DNA of 64,000 nucleotides from Podarcis bocagei (lineage: Eukaryota). The stretch lies in the NCBI GenBank assembly GCA_964188305.1, contig OZ076890.1; one strand, 5' to 3'. The position numbers and the translations under genes are program-made. This document shows positions 49,726-62,489 of the stretch, one piece after another; within the stretch, counting starts at the first letter, position 1; every line of letters begins with the position of its first letter. The notes under the pieces are model-generated. The model saw nothing but the letters and a program-made list of their open reading frames with translations, was not told where the DNA came from and searched no databases.

Positions 49726-51293
49726 TAGCTCTTTGACGGATAGACTACAGTTCTCAGGATTCTTTGGGAAAAGCCATGACTGTTAAAGTGCTATAAATGT
49801 GCTTTAAATATATTTAGTGAGAGGCCTTTATAAGTTCATTGGGTTGCCCCAAGTCGGGCTAAGATCAAGTAGAAACGGGATGGAAGTCATGATATTTTTC
49901 TGTCATTAGGTGGGCTTTTATAGATGAACACATTCAGTATGTTTGGGCTTCTTAGGATATATTTACTATGTATATGTACATGCTATCCCAATCTCCACAA
50001 GCGGCCTGAAATCCCAGGGGTTCTGGGCATTCACCCTGGGTTATGCTTCTGTGGGGAAGACTGAAGCAAAATGGAGCCTAGTTTCTTTAAGAAACATGGT
50101 TCAGTAACACACATTTATACCTGCAAGTCTGCAGTGGAGGGGGTGCAGAACGTTATACCCCAAGAGTGCGTCTTGTTGCCCCTCTCGTAGCTTCAGCAAG
50201 CTTGGGTCTAAAGCAGCAGTCAGGCATGGCTCCCGGTCTCTCGGTTGTAGCCTCCCCAGCCAGCAGCCAAGATGGTCCTGACTTGCAGCTGCTGCGTGGA
50301 GTTCTGACCTGCACAGCAGCTCATGCAAGTCTGACCTTTGTTCTCCTTCCTCTTCCCAGCACACCTCTCCCCCAAAACCCAGCCTTCCTGTAAAATGGCG
50401 CTTTTTCCTGTCATGGCCCAACCCTCCCTGTTTTTCACAGTCCTGAGATCCTTCCTTTGATGGGCTAATGGCTTTGCTCTTAAGTAGCCCAGCTAGGCTG
50501 GTTTGCCAGTGATTCCTTGTCCAGCACAGTTCTACACTTTCCATTCCAATCCCCAGATATTAGCTAGATTCTAAGATTCCTTGATTTATTGGGGTTTTTC
50601 CCGCCCAAACGAAACCTATAACAATATTGTACGTTGCTGTAATTCACTTCAGGATTATTATTATTATTATTATTTTCTGTGGGAAGCAATTTTCAAATTG
50701 AATGAGTTGAACCGAATTGAGAGAAGAAGACAGAAGGTAACATGTTTAGAGAAGTGGAGCCACTTTCGGAATGGCCCCTCTAAAAATGAAGTCTAAAAGT
50801 CTCTTTTCCTCTCCAGGATTGACCTCTGGTGGGGGAGGCAGTCCTGAAATTTTGAAAGAGAACCTAGCTATACATTGTGATGATTAGTTGACAAATTTGC
50901 ACTTTTTTATATATAAAAAAATGTTTTCTTAATAAGGAGATACGTACATAGATGAACAAGTGAACAGTCAGGCAGTTCATGATTTTTTTAAACGGCGGAC
51001 ATCATATGGGGAAGGGAAAAGATGGGCGCATGAGCCAGTGTTGTGCACTTCTGCCATTCAGCAGTAGACTTGTGAGGAAACAAGACATATCCCACAGCAG
51101 CTGCAGAGCAGGAGGTAGGAAGTCTGGATCCAAGGAAGTCCTTGGAGTCTGGATCTGCTGCCCTTCCCACCTGCTACCCGAGGCGACTGCCTTACCCAGC
51201 CTAATGGGTGAGACGGCCCTGGAGCTAGGGAAAACACACATTGACAACATCGCACAAAGGAATGAGGAGGCATGTGAACTTGAACAGAGATTA

Positions 51294-51554
51294 CTGTATT
51301 TTTTGCTCTATAAGACTCACTTTTTACCTCCTAAAAAGTAAGGGGAAATGTGTGTGCGTCTTATGGAGCAAATGCAGGCTGTGCAGCTATCCTAGAAGCC
51401 AGAACAGCAAGAGGGATTGCTGCTTTCACTGCGCAGCAATCCCTCTTGCTGTTCTGGCTTCTGAGATTCAGAATTTTTTTTTCTTCTTGTTTTCCTCCTC
51501 CAAAAATTAGGTGCGTCTAGTGGTCTGGTGCGTCTTATAGAGTGAAAAATACGG
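51294..51554. mobile_element. Tc1/mariner-superfamily MITE, family B
   Basis: Same TIRs and internal hairpin as 36381-36628. Confidence 0.87.
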
Positions 51555-52350
51555 TATTTAAAAACAGCATTCAAACTGAAGTATTTGCAACGTATTGGTT
51601 GTTTGGCAAGAACTCAAAAGTGTTGCCCTGAGTTTCTTCCTTTGGATTTGAATTAGCAGGGCCTTTACTGTGGTGGCACCTACTAAGTGGAACATTCTTC
51701 ATCCAATAATACTATTTTTGGTACATGCTGACTACTTTTCTGATTACAGGGGGTTTTGTTGGTCAAGCGCAATGCTAATCTCTGAATGTGTGAAATTATT
51801 ACAGTGTGGAAATGTGGTGGGTGTTCATTTTTTTCGTACATACTTTGGTATTTCTAATGTTAAGCAATTTGTAGGTCTTTTTAAATGTATAAGAATATGC
51901 AGCCTTGTTTGGGGGCACCTGTTCTCATATATGACCAAAATTGGATCTGTGCCATTGCCTTTTCTTGCTGGTGTCTGTTCATTCGACAATGTTTATTACT
52001 ACTAAACTATTCCGTGGCAAAGGTGCAGTTGTGGACGGAACATAGACATGGCTGTGGTCCTCGTTCTGGGGCCCTGCAATGAGATACAGAGCTTGAAAAG
52101 AGACACAAGTGCTTGATAAAGCAATACTGAGGGTGAGGGAGAGAAGGCTTAGAGTTGTAGCTGTATTTCAGCACCTTCGGAGAATACAAGAGGTAAATTA
52201 CAAGGCCAATAAGAAGAGGAATTTTCTCTTGTGTAGATTGATGTCACACTTAAAAGTTTGCATTACAGATGTTGGTCCAAGTACGAACTGAGCATTCTTA
52301 TAGGAGGCCTTGATCCTGGTTCATCAGTGGTGGGCCTGATCCTGGAAATA

Positions 52351-55058
52351 CAGGCGTCCCTCAACTTACACAGGAGTTGCATTCTGTTTTTTGTTTTTTT
52401 TTAATGGTATTTATTAAAAGTTTAACAATTACAAAAGAAGCGGGGGGGGGAGAGACAATAAAGAGTTACAATACATCAAAAAAAAAAAAACAGAGTAAAA
52501 AGAAAAAAAAGGGAATTCAGCAATACAAGTCAATAAAAAGAAAAAAGGGAAAAAACAAAACACACAATACATCAAATCCAAAAACAAAAGCAGACAAAAA
52601 ATTTAAAAACCAAATCCAATATTCCCAAATCTTTATCTTTCATTAACTTGTTTCATCGACCTCCTCACACCTCCCTTTTTTGTATTCTAGTTATTAATTA
52701 TCTCAGCAAATCCTTTCCATCTTTCACTATATTCTGTCATTAAATTACCTTAAGTTATTTAACCTTATCTTACCATAAAAAGCCCTAAAGCTTAAAACTT
52801 AAAACTTATTTATACATAATTCCTTAAAGCATTTCTACTAAAGCCAAATAGTTTCATTCCAACATTTTTCTAACACTCATTAATTTTACAAAAATTCTCT
52901 AAATGAATTTTTAAACTTTCTTCTAATCTTCATCCATCGTCTCTTCTTCCTGGTCTCGGGTTTTGTCAGTCCTTTCTATCCCTTCCATCTAGTCCATCAA
53001 CCTGGTGATCTTCTATCTGAGGCTCTTAAACCTTTTCTATGTCCCTTCTGCAGGTCTTCTTCATATTTATAACTGCACTTTACTTTATCTTCTGCTGATC
53101 TTATTCTTAATTTCCTTCCTTTCTCACTAAGGGGTAGATCTTGGGGAGACTCCAACTTGACAGTATCTTTATCCCTTCTCGACAGGTCAGCCCATTCTCC
53201 ATAGTCAACACTGAAATCCAAAAGATATTTGATGGCATATTTCAAAGTCCCTCCAAGGTTAAGGGCCCCCACAACTCCAAACTCCCCCTGGCCCAAAACC
53301 AGATCCCAAAAGTCAAAACATCCCTGCATAGGCGGGTCTATCCAGCTTCCCATCTCCAAACCAAACAGTACTCCATCTCTCCAAATCTGACTTTCTCCAG
53401 GTTCAGTCGTCAGAGACAACAACTTATGTTCCTGCAAGGCCACGGCTCTCTCCATTTCTGTTACTTGAGGTTCAACCACCACCTCCTCCTTTGTCTTCTG
53501 CACAACTTGCCCTGTCAAAGCAAATTCCTGGATTGGTTCTTGCGTGGTTTCTATATAGGTATTCACTGTTTGTCCAAAATTGCTAACTGCAACAGTCGTC
53601 AAATCCATCTTCTCATGTAGCTGTTCCAGTAAAGCACTTGTCTTGCAAAAAGCAAGCACTAAAACTTCTTCTGGGCACATTCTTATTCAAGGTCAAATGT
53701 CTGGTTCTCACAATCTTTAATCTCCACAGCTGTAGAATTCCCCAGATCGACTCCAGCAACAGTTTCACAAGCTCCCTCTAGAGGAAACAATTTCTGTTTG
53801 TATCCGTCTTTTAAAAGCAGTTCTGGCAACAAAATTCCTTTCGTTTTTCAGATATTTTGTTCCTTTTAAGTGCAAAAGGAAATATTGGAATCAATATGTT
53901 TCTCTTTTTTAACTATCTGTCAAAAAAGCATTTTCTTCACAGTCGATGAACTTCCCCAAAGCGTCTGACTCTGACACCCCGTTCCCAGGTTCAAGACGGT
54001 GGAAATTTACCTTTCTTTACTCTCTCTCCTGCAGGTTTAAACAGTCTAAGATCTCCCCCCTCTTCTCCTGCTTCCAAGGGGGGTTTGGTAGTTTTAACTG
54101 ATGGAAATTTAGTCCTTTACAAGCGACTTTCCAGACTTTAGCTTGCAATGTCTTTGCTTCAATCTATTTACAAAAAACGGAAGGCGGACTTCCTGTTTAG
54201 ACCTTCCAGCTTCGGTGCCAAATTAAGATGTTTCATAATCCAATTTTCCGTTCTACTCATGGGTAGTTATTTAAAGTCCAATTGTCCACAGGAAAAAGTC
54301 AGCGCTCTCCGGCAACAGCAATGCGGCTTCACTCCGTGAAAAGAGCAGTCGATTCGAAGCACCGCACCGCTCACCCCACGTCGCTCCAGATCCCCGAAAC
54401 CGGGTTTCCCCACGAGTAGGGGAGGCGCTAAAGGTGCCGGCCGAATCCCACGTCCACAGGCTTCTCCTGCCTGTGGTTTTTAGTGGGTCTCCGCCTCGCC
54501 GTGGCGGTCCAGACCCTAGTTTCACGAAGCGGATTCCTCCCGGTCAGAGGAAATCCACCATTGCCGGAGGCGCTAACCCGGAAGTCAGCACAGGAGTTAC
54601 GTTCTGGGGCCCCCACATGCATAAGTGAAATTGTGAAAATTGGAGAGCACCCTCCAAACACTCTTTAAATGCCCTCTCTGTCGCACTCTCTTCAATCCAA
54701 ACCAAAAATACAATATCCTAAATATCCACAACCAGAATTGAAGCTCTTGGGCTAGCAGAAGGCTGAACGATGTGCAGGAACGTGGCTGCAGCTACAACAC
54801 TACCCTGCATATCAGCTGTTAGGCAGGGAGGCTGAGCAGTGTAAATAAAGCCCCACTGTGGCTCCAGTCTCTTTGGGGCTTCCTCCACCCTCACTGAGGT
54901 CCTCTCCGGTCTCCAGGGAGGCTCTCCTCTCAAGTTACAAGGACTTTCCAGGTCTGTCCTACCATTTCCAGGTTTGAATTTGAATTCTTTGTTTATTCTT
55001 AGCACCGCGCATGTACATGGTCATGCGCAAGTCAATCACACATTAAGGGGGGCGCCTG
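52351..55058. mobile_element. Tigger-like MITE split by an L1-like insertion
   Basis: TA|CAGGCGTCCC ... GGGGCGCCTG|TA termini. Confidence 0.7.
52387..54588 (-). mobile_element. Full-length non-autonomous L1-like retroelement (HAL1-like, no ORF2)
   Basis: 5' start CTGACTTCCGGG, CpG-rich 5' region, 227-aa E/Q/K-rich ORF at 52997-53680, AATAAA and A-rich tail; 18-bp TSD CACAGGAGTTRCRTTCTG at 52369-52386 and 54589-54606. Confidence 0.78.
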
Positions 55059-55362
55059 TACATGAGAAAAATGTCTCTGAACCTCAGGGGCGGAGCTTAG
55101 TGAAGGGTTCCATCTCATGCTTCCATCCTGGTTTACCACTTTTGTGTCCCTGGGGACCAGAGGAGATGAGGGGTGAGTAGCACATGGGAATATGGCAAGG
55201 AGTCACATGTCTGAGTTCCTGGAATTAACTGGGTCCCTTGGTGGTGTGTTATTTATAGAGGCTTTCCTGGAGTCCCCACTAGAGGGAGCCAGCTCCTGCT
55301 AGTCCCCTCCATTTCCTGGGAACCTGTGTAGGAGATACCCTTTCCATCAAGTCCCCATCAAG

Positions 55363-55917
55363 TCATAGAATCATAGAATCATAGAGTTGGAAGAGACCAC
55401 AAGGGCCATCGAGTCCAACCCCCTGCCAAGCAGGAAACACCATCAGAGCACTCCTGACATATGGTTGTCAAGCCTCTGCTTAAAGACCTCCAAAGAAGGA
55501 GACTCCACCACACTCCTTGGCAGCAAATTCCACTGTCGAACAGCTCTTACTGTCAGGAAGTTCTTCCTAATGTTTAGGTGGAATCTTCTTTCTTGTAGTT
55601 TGGATCCATTGCTCCGTGTCCGCTTCTCTGGAGCAGCAGAAAACAACCTTTCTCCCTCCTCTATGTGACATCCTTTTATATATTTGAACATGGCTATCAT
55701 ATCACCCCTTAACCTCCTCTTCTCCAGGCTAAACATGCCCAGCTCCCTTAGCCGTTCCTCATTAGGCATCGTTTCCAGGCCTTTGACCATTTTGGTTGCC
55801 CTCCTCTGGACACGTTCCAGTTTGTCAGTGTCCTTCTTGAATTGTGGTGCCCAGAACTGGACACAGTACTCCACGTGAGGTCTGACCAGAGCAGAATCCA
55901 GTGGCACTATTACTTCC
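55363..55917 (-). mobile_element. CR1 LINE 3' fragment
   Basis: [53 protein letters not shown]; (ATTCTATG)n tail. Confidence 0.95.
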
Positions 55918-56210
55918 CGATACTGTGGCCCTGGCCTTCCTGCTTGCAGTTCAAACAAGAGTAGCCTGCAGTGGAGGTGGATGGAGGCTCAGGCTGTCAA
56001 AGGCACTGAGGAACTCATTAAAGTAGCACATCTTGTGGGGCAATTATAAAGGCAACGAAGAATCTGCTAAATGAGAACTTAAGCTTTTTGAAGTATTCTT
56101 GAAGGTACTCTAGGATTCTTGATTCTGACAATAGTCCGTTTTCCACACAAAATTGGTCAAACACAGGAAAAGCAGGGGCTACAGACGGAGTAAAGGATGA
56201 AGACACAATA

Positions 56211-56436
56211 CAGTGTTCCCTCAGGTTAAGTACTTAATTCGTTCCAGAGGTCCGTTCTTAACCTGAAACTGTTCTTAACCTGAAGCACCACTTTAGCTAA
56301 TGGGGCCTCCTGCTGCTGCCGTGCCGCCGGAGCACGATTTCTGTTCTCACCCTGAAGCAAAGTTCTTAACCTGAAGCACTATTTCTGGGTTAGCGGAGTC
56401 TGTAACCTGAAGCGTATGTAACCTGAGGTACCACTA
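56211..56436 (-). mobile_element. Tc1/mariner MITE, family A
   Basis: Family body, TIRs and TA flanks. Confidence 0.88.
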
Positions 56437-57193
56437 TACTGTGTTTTGGAAAAGGGATATCTCTGTAAGAGATACCAAAGCGCTAATGTAACAGAGCGTT
56501 TGTAAAACTGAGAATAAGCTTGCATGCTATCAGAGAGAAAACTACCAGTTCCAACTTCCAAAATTAATTTCTGGAATGTTGCAAAAAAAAAGCAGAACTG
56601 CCATTGAAAGCAACAGCCACATTTCCTTCAGTAATGTGTAGTTCAGCATAGTTTACGTCATTACACTTGTGTTCTGCCTCCCTTTGTCAGTGGCATATGC
56701 ATAGAGGAGTGGGGGCTCTCTTTTATTCCATTCTTACTCGGTATGGTTTCTGACTGTGTGTCTTACTATTTTAAGAGGGGGAAAGAAGAAGTTAATGCAA
56801 GCAAAACCGTGAAAAGAATTAATATGGGTGATGTAACTAACTGAAGTATGAGAGAAATGAGAGAGGAGGTTTTTAATAAAACCATATGGAAGATTGAATT
56901 AGTCTAGTGATGATTTTGGAACCTATTAACCTGCCACTGAACAAAATTCAGGACTCAAAAGTTGTAAGAGTTTTCATTAGAAAAAGCAACCAATTGGAAG
57001 AATTCCCAGAGGCGTAGCCATGGTAGTGTGAATGGTACAGCAAAAGCAATAGTCTTGTGGCACCTTGAAGCAGTAGCAAATGTATTATAGCATAAGGTTC
57101 TGTGGACTACAGTCCAATTCATCTACTGCATGAAGTATTAACCTGATTTACATGGGGAACACATGTGGGGGGGGGATGGCAGAGGAAGCCATT

Positions 57194-57545
57194 CAGCTGC
57201 CTGGGGTGGCATGCTTGGGGCGAGGCGAGCTGCCCATAGGGGCAGGGTGAGGGCGGGGTGAGCCGCCCCTAGGGGCTGGACACACTACAGGGCCTCTGGA
57301 GTCTGCCTGCCTCCTCCCACTCAGCCACCCTACAGCTGGGGGGGGGGAGGAAGCGGGCAGACCGTTTGGACAGTGCAGAGCCTGCGCGCGCCCAAGCCAC
57401 CGCGTCACTCCCAGGAGAGATGCATGGCTCGGGCATGCTGCAAGCCCCGCAGTGAGTGCTGCCTGGCATTTTGTCACCCCCACAGTGGTGACACCTGGGG
57501 CGGCCCGCACCCACCACACACCCCTTCCTCCGCCCCGGGGGGGGG
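57194..57545. mobile_element. GC-rich non-autonomous DNA element fragment (hAT-like)
   Basis: Abrupt GC/CpG-rich block with a TGTCACC..GGTGACA hairpin inside the Penelope remnant; ends unclear. Confidence 0.5.
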
Positions 57546-57769
57546 GGCTTCTAAATAGTGATGTTAGAAGGAAAGGGAATGCAGAAAAGTACAGACAAAT
57601 ATAATTATGTTATTAACAATGCCATTCACAAAAGAGCAAGTTGTTTATAACACAGATATATTGTCACTGGTAAGCCAATTAACACCTGTAGTGTGATTTA
57701 AAAAAAATAAAAATCCTTTGTCCCAATTCAACCCACAAGTGATAATATTGACTCCCTTAACAAATTGTA

Positions 57770-57994
57770 CAGTGGTACCTCGGGTTAAGAACTTAATTCA
57801 TTCTGGAGGTCTGTTCTTAACCTGAAACTGTTCTTAACCTGAAGCACCACTTTAGCTAATGGGGCCTCTGTTGCTGCCACGCCGCCGGAGCACGATTTCT
57901 GCTCTCATACTGAAGCAAAGTTCTTAACCCGAGGTACTATTTCTGGGTTAGCGGAGTTTGTAACCTGAAGCGTCTGTAACCCGAGGAACCACTG
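57770..57994 (-). mobile_element. Tc1/mariner MITE, family A
   Basis: TIRs and TA TSD. Confidence 0.9.
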
Positions 57995-60624
57995 TAATTC
58001 AATTGTTTGCAGGAATAATGAGGAGAATATATATATATTCCATTGGGGCAAGGTCTCCAGTTTGGAATAACAGGGAGGATAGGAAATAACCATCACAAAC
58101 TCTGTTTCGCTACATTTTTCCAGAAGAAATTTATGGACAAAGTGTTCCTCATTGACTCTCCCCTCTCTTTAGCATCTTTTGACAGTAATAGCGATTATCT
58201 GTCTTGGTTGAATCCTCAGCTGAAAACCTGAAACAAAATGACCCGGCCTAGCCTGTTTCAACACTGGCGTTTCTAGGGAAGGGGAACAGCTTGTAAAAGA
58301 AGTTCCAAGTTCTCTCTTTGGCACAAACTAATCCTGCCAGAGTAATGACCCTCCTTAGGAAATATGTAGGCTGACTTTGACAAAGGAAAACTGAAGCCTA
58401 GGGTATGGTGGCACCCGGTACAGACAAGAGACAAAAGCATCAGCAATGTCAGGCTGCATAAACAAACCACTACAGGGGACTAACATTAAATCATAATTGC
58501 ATGTTTTATCATGTCAGTACTGTCACAAAACAGCTAACTCTGGCTGCGACTACAGTAATTAATTTTCTACTGCCATGTGAAATATATGGAGTTACCCTTA
58601 ACTATCAGGCAGAAGCTACAATCTGCTTGCCACAGTACTAGATCAGATTTTTAACATTACATGAATTGAAAGGTACTGTAATTAACCAGTCTTGGGGTGG
58701 TGCTTTGTACAGCAATTGGTGCTTAAGTACCCCAACAAAATTAGATTTTAAATTCACGTTGCTTTATTATTTTTAGCACTTTTAATTTGTCCAGGGCTTT
58801 ATGGTGCTTATTGCGTTCAGCCTTGCAAAAGCCACATGGTGCAGACCAACATTGTTCTTCGTTCATTTGCACATGCGTGTCTTCTCTCATTTTCGCTACA
58901 CAGCAATAGAAGAATAGAAGGGTCTTTTGGATTTCCCCCTGCAACTTGATTTTATATAGTAAAAAAACCAGACTCTAGTTGAGAAGGAAAAGCACCTGTG
59001 AAAAGACAACTCAAATACATAAAGGTGTATTTATAAAGGCACTTTTTTGTTGTAGCATCTGTGACGCAGGGCAAATCATAAGTATCGGTGTGATATATCC
59101 AAGAGATGAAAACGAGACTATACTCCTTTTGTTCCAAGTCCAGAAAAACAATTCTCAATAAAGACATCTTTATCAAGTCATTTCTTTATGACGGTTATGG
59201 TTTGTATTTCCCTTTACAGTTCTACATCCGTCCTTTCATACTACGTTGCTGTTTCGTTTTATTTTTACAAAATGCTAATTCAGACATTTGGACTTTGTAA
59301 TAATGCATTTGTGCATTGCCGGCATTTGTTTAGGACTGTTTATCCTTTATAGTTTTATAAATGAGTCTAAGGGGCTCTGTCTTAGTTGTCACTTACTTCC
59401 CCCCAATCTTGCATTCTGTCTTATCCTATCCGACAGTAGAATTGAGACTACTCTAATCCCTAGAAGTTTGGAACTAATGAACTAACTGCTGAGCTGCTGC
59501 CACGGAGCTTGGTCCCAAGCTATACTGTACTTCACACTCGATTTATTCTCCAGATGGCGAGTCTCTGCTGCCCCGCTGCGAGGGACCACCTCTTCCACTG
59601 GAGTGTAAAAGTGGACGGATGTTGTTTTCTTTGCAGATTTGATAATTCAGAGCTGGTAACTTGTGAAGATGATTAGTTATTAACTTTAATGGATGCCAGT
59701 TGAACCAACTGCACGCATATTCTCTTTTTTAATTTCAGTGTCTGTTCGTTGTAGCGATGCTTGATTTATCAGCAGTGCCGATGTGGCCAAAATCACAGCA
59801 TTCCCCCCCCCCCCATTTAGTAACAGACCTCACAGGGCACCCAAGCTTCTCATCAATTCAGAGTTAGATATTAAAATGAGGGAATTAATATGATTATTGG
59901 TATAAATTTGCATTTTAAGGATTCCCTCCAACAGATTATAAGTAAACATTGTGTTGATGAATGTGCATACTTCACATTTTCTTTGCCATCAATCTCCACA
60001 TTTATAGAGTATGGAACCGGGGTGATGGTTTCCGTAGGCTCATCCCAATTAATTAAACTTGCAGTCATCTGACCTGCTGGATGAAGTACTTTGGTTATGT
60101 AGCTGTTTGGAGAATTTACAGTTCTTCTAACTATAAAATATATTTTAACTGTCCTGGTAAGGGTTCTTAATTGACTATAGAATGGGAGGCAGGCAACATT
60201 TTTCAGAGTAAGCTCTGAGTATAAAGCTCTGGTTTCATTGATTCTGGTTTAAACCCGAAACTTGTGTGTGGATATGATAATGCTAATAGTGTCTTATTGC
60301 AGTAAGAGCTCTCTGCCTGTACAACATGCTTTTCTCTATTTGGCCGGTTTTGTATGCAAGCAAGCCACTGGCAAAATCAGAATCTCCTGGGTAACTTTAG
60401 CAAAAGCTGAAGCTCTCATTTAGCAATTCCTTTGTTGCCTTTGTAATAATGGTCCTACAAGATGCGCTACTATAATTTCCTGTTACTTCTTCAGTGTTTT
60501 AAAGGGGAAAGATCATTGTTCTTTTGTATACATGGATTCATTTAAGTTTAGGCAAATTTTAAATTGCTCCATTGCGTAGCACTTAGTCTTAAGTTTAATA
60601 GAATGGTCTTAAATAGTGCGGTAA

Positions 60625-60761
60625 GGCCTCTTTGCTGAAGCTAAGCAGATCTGGGTCTGGACTGTTCAGTGCCCGGATGGAAGACCATAAACTCCATGTT
60701 GACTGTGATGGGTTTCATCAGGGAATAAGAGAGGGATAGAAATGGAATACAGTAAATAAAA
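60625..60761 (+). mobile_element. Degenerate 5S rRNA-derived SINE
   Basis: GAAGCTAAGCAG..GGGTCTGG..GGATGGAAGACC (60637-60686) resembles the 5S internal control region; followed by an L2-like A-rich end. Confidence 0.55.
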
Positions 60762-60763
60762 TA

Positions 60764-61005
60764 CAATGGTACCTCGGGTTAAGTACTTAATTTGTTCCGG
60801 AGGTCCATACTTAACCTGAAACTGTTTTTAACCTGAAGCACTACTTTAGCTAATGTGGCCTCCTCCTGCTGCCGCGCCGCCGGAGCACGATTTCTGTTCT
60901 CATCCTGAAGCAAAGTTCTTAACCTGAAGCACTATTTCTGGGTTAGCAAATTCTGTAACCTGAAGCATATGTAACCTGAAGTGTATGTAACCCGAGGTAC
61001 CACTG
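60764..61005 (-). mobile_element. Tc1/mariner MITE, family A
   Basis: TIRs and TA TSD. Confidence 0.9.
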
Positions 61006-61577
61006 TAAGTGGAAAATTAATAACACACAAGTTGACACAAAAGCTTGCCAATTGTAAAAATTAGAGGAAAATGTTTTTTTTTTTTAATTCGTTTACATCT
61101 GTGTCTCACCCTTTGTGCAAAGAACTCAGGGTTATTTTCTTGTTGCGCTGAGAAGCTTGTTCTTCCAGTTGCATGCTTGTGAGCAAACTCAAAAAGCCTT
61201 TGTGTTAAGAACTTCTCTCAGTTTTCTAGCAGTTCATTCCTGGCATCCTAATCCTAAACACATTTACTGGGAAATAAGCCCCACTGACTTTGCTTTGTAA
61301 ATGTGCTCAGAATCAAGGCCTACATATTTAGGATCCAACCAAATGCAAAACACTGCAGCTGCTCAAATCATCATCAGAGTTACAATGCATACTGCAAAGC
61401 AGCTGTCCCCAGCAGTGGACTGGGTGAGGAGGAGCTGGGAAGTGGTGGGAGAAGAAGCAACACGTGTATAAGGCAGCTACAAGTGTCTTCTAAACCAGAG
61501 TCTCAATAGGCCTTAGATCAGTGGTTCTCAAAGAGCGTGGCAAGACACACTGGTATAGCAGCAAAAGATGGCAAATG

Positions 61578-62006
61578 CAGAATCTGCAAGCATCCCTATT
61601 TCCCAGGGACAGTCCCGAATTAACAGAAGCAGTCCCAGTTTCTGATTTGATCCCAGAATGTTCCAGTTTTCCTCAGGGTGTCCTATTTTCATTGGAGAAA
61701 TGTTGGCGGGTATGGAGTTATGTGACCCCCAAGCCAAGGAGATAAGTAACTATACAACCTTTAGACCTTTGAAGGCGGCCCTGCATAGGGAAGTTTTCTA
61801 ATGTTGTTGTTGTTTCTTCTTCTTCTTCTTCTTCTTCTTCTTCTTCTTCTTCTTCTTCTTCTTCTTCCGTTTTTATATATATTGGAAGCTGCCCACAGTG
61901 GCTGCAACAACTCAGTCACATGGGTGGGATAATAAAAATAAAAATAAAAATAAAAATAAATTTTATTGACATCCCTATTTTCACCGAAGACATGTTGGAG
62001 GGTATG
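61578..62006 (-). mobile_element. Composite DNA element with 6-bp TSD (L2-tail cargo with a (TTC)n expansion)
   Basis: Reverse complement of the 38868 architecture; TSD CAAATG / CAAGTG; inner unit at 61578-61714. Confidence 0.82.
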
Positions 62007-62489
62007 CAAGTGTGGAAGAAAGCTTGAAGGATAAGCAAAGAAGCATTTAAACATTTCAGTGTAGTAGAGTCTAGTCTAGTCTTTTTTTATTTTTAAGAAA
62101 TTATATAGAACCAGGAACAGTATCCATGCCTCTCTTCAAGAGCATTGGCTATTCTTCTACAGTGCTTCATGACATATTGTCTCAGATTAAACCTAATATA
62201 AATGACATTACCTGACAAATGCAAGCTCACACCTCCTATTCAGCTTGTATGCATACCAAAGGTACATATGTAAGAGGCTCACTTATTAATGTTATTATGT
62301 AGCTGCATGGCTTTATACTTTCTTGATATCCCATGATCATATATTATAAAGTAGTTGTGGTCTATGTTATTTATCAAGCACTGCTAGGAGTTGTTTATTT
62401 TTGTTTTCCAGTGTATCCTTTTTAACTTATTTATTGATACTTATTCACAGCTATACAAACCCATTACAAAATATATTTTATATAATATA

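Larger units (their letters stand above)
57037..58010 (-). mobile_element. Penelope-like element 3' remnant with nested insertions
   Basis: After removing the MITE, the minus strand reads IELQFVKGVNIITCGLNWDKGFL..SHY (GIY-YIG C-terminal GLN motif). PLE-type terminal sequence GTCTTGTGGCACCTT..GCATAAG..GTGGACTACAGTCCA. Confidence 0.7.

Noticed and set aside
60637-60686. Functional 5S rRNA gene
   Set aside because: Partial, degenerate and fused to a retroposon tail.
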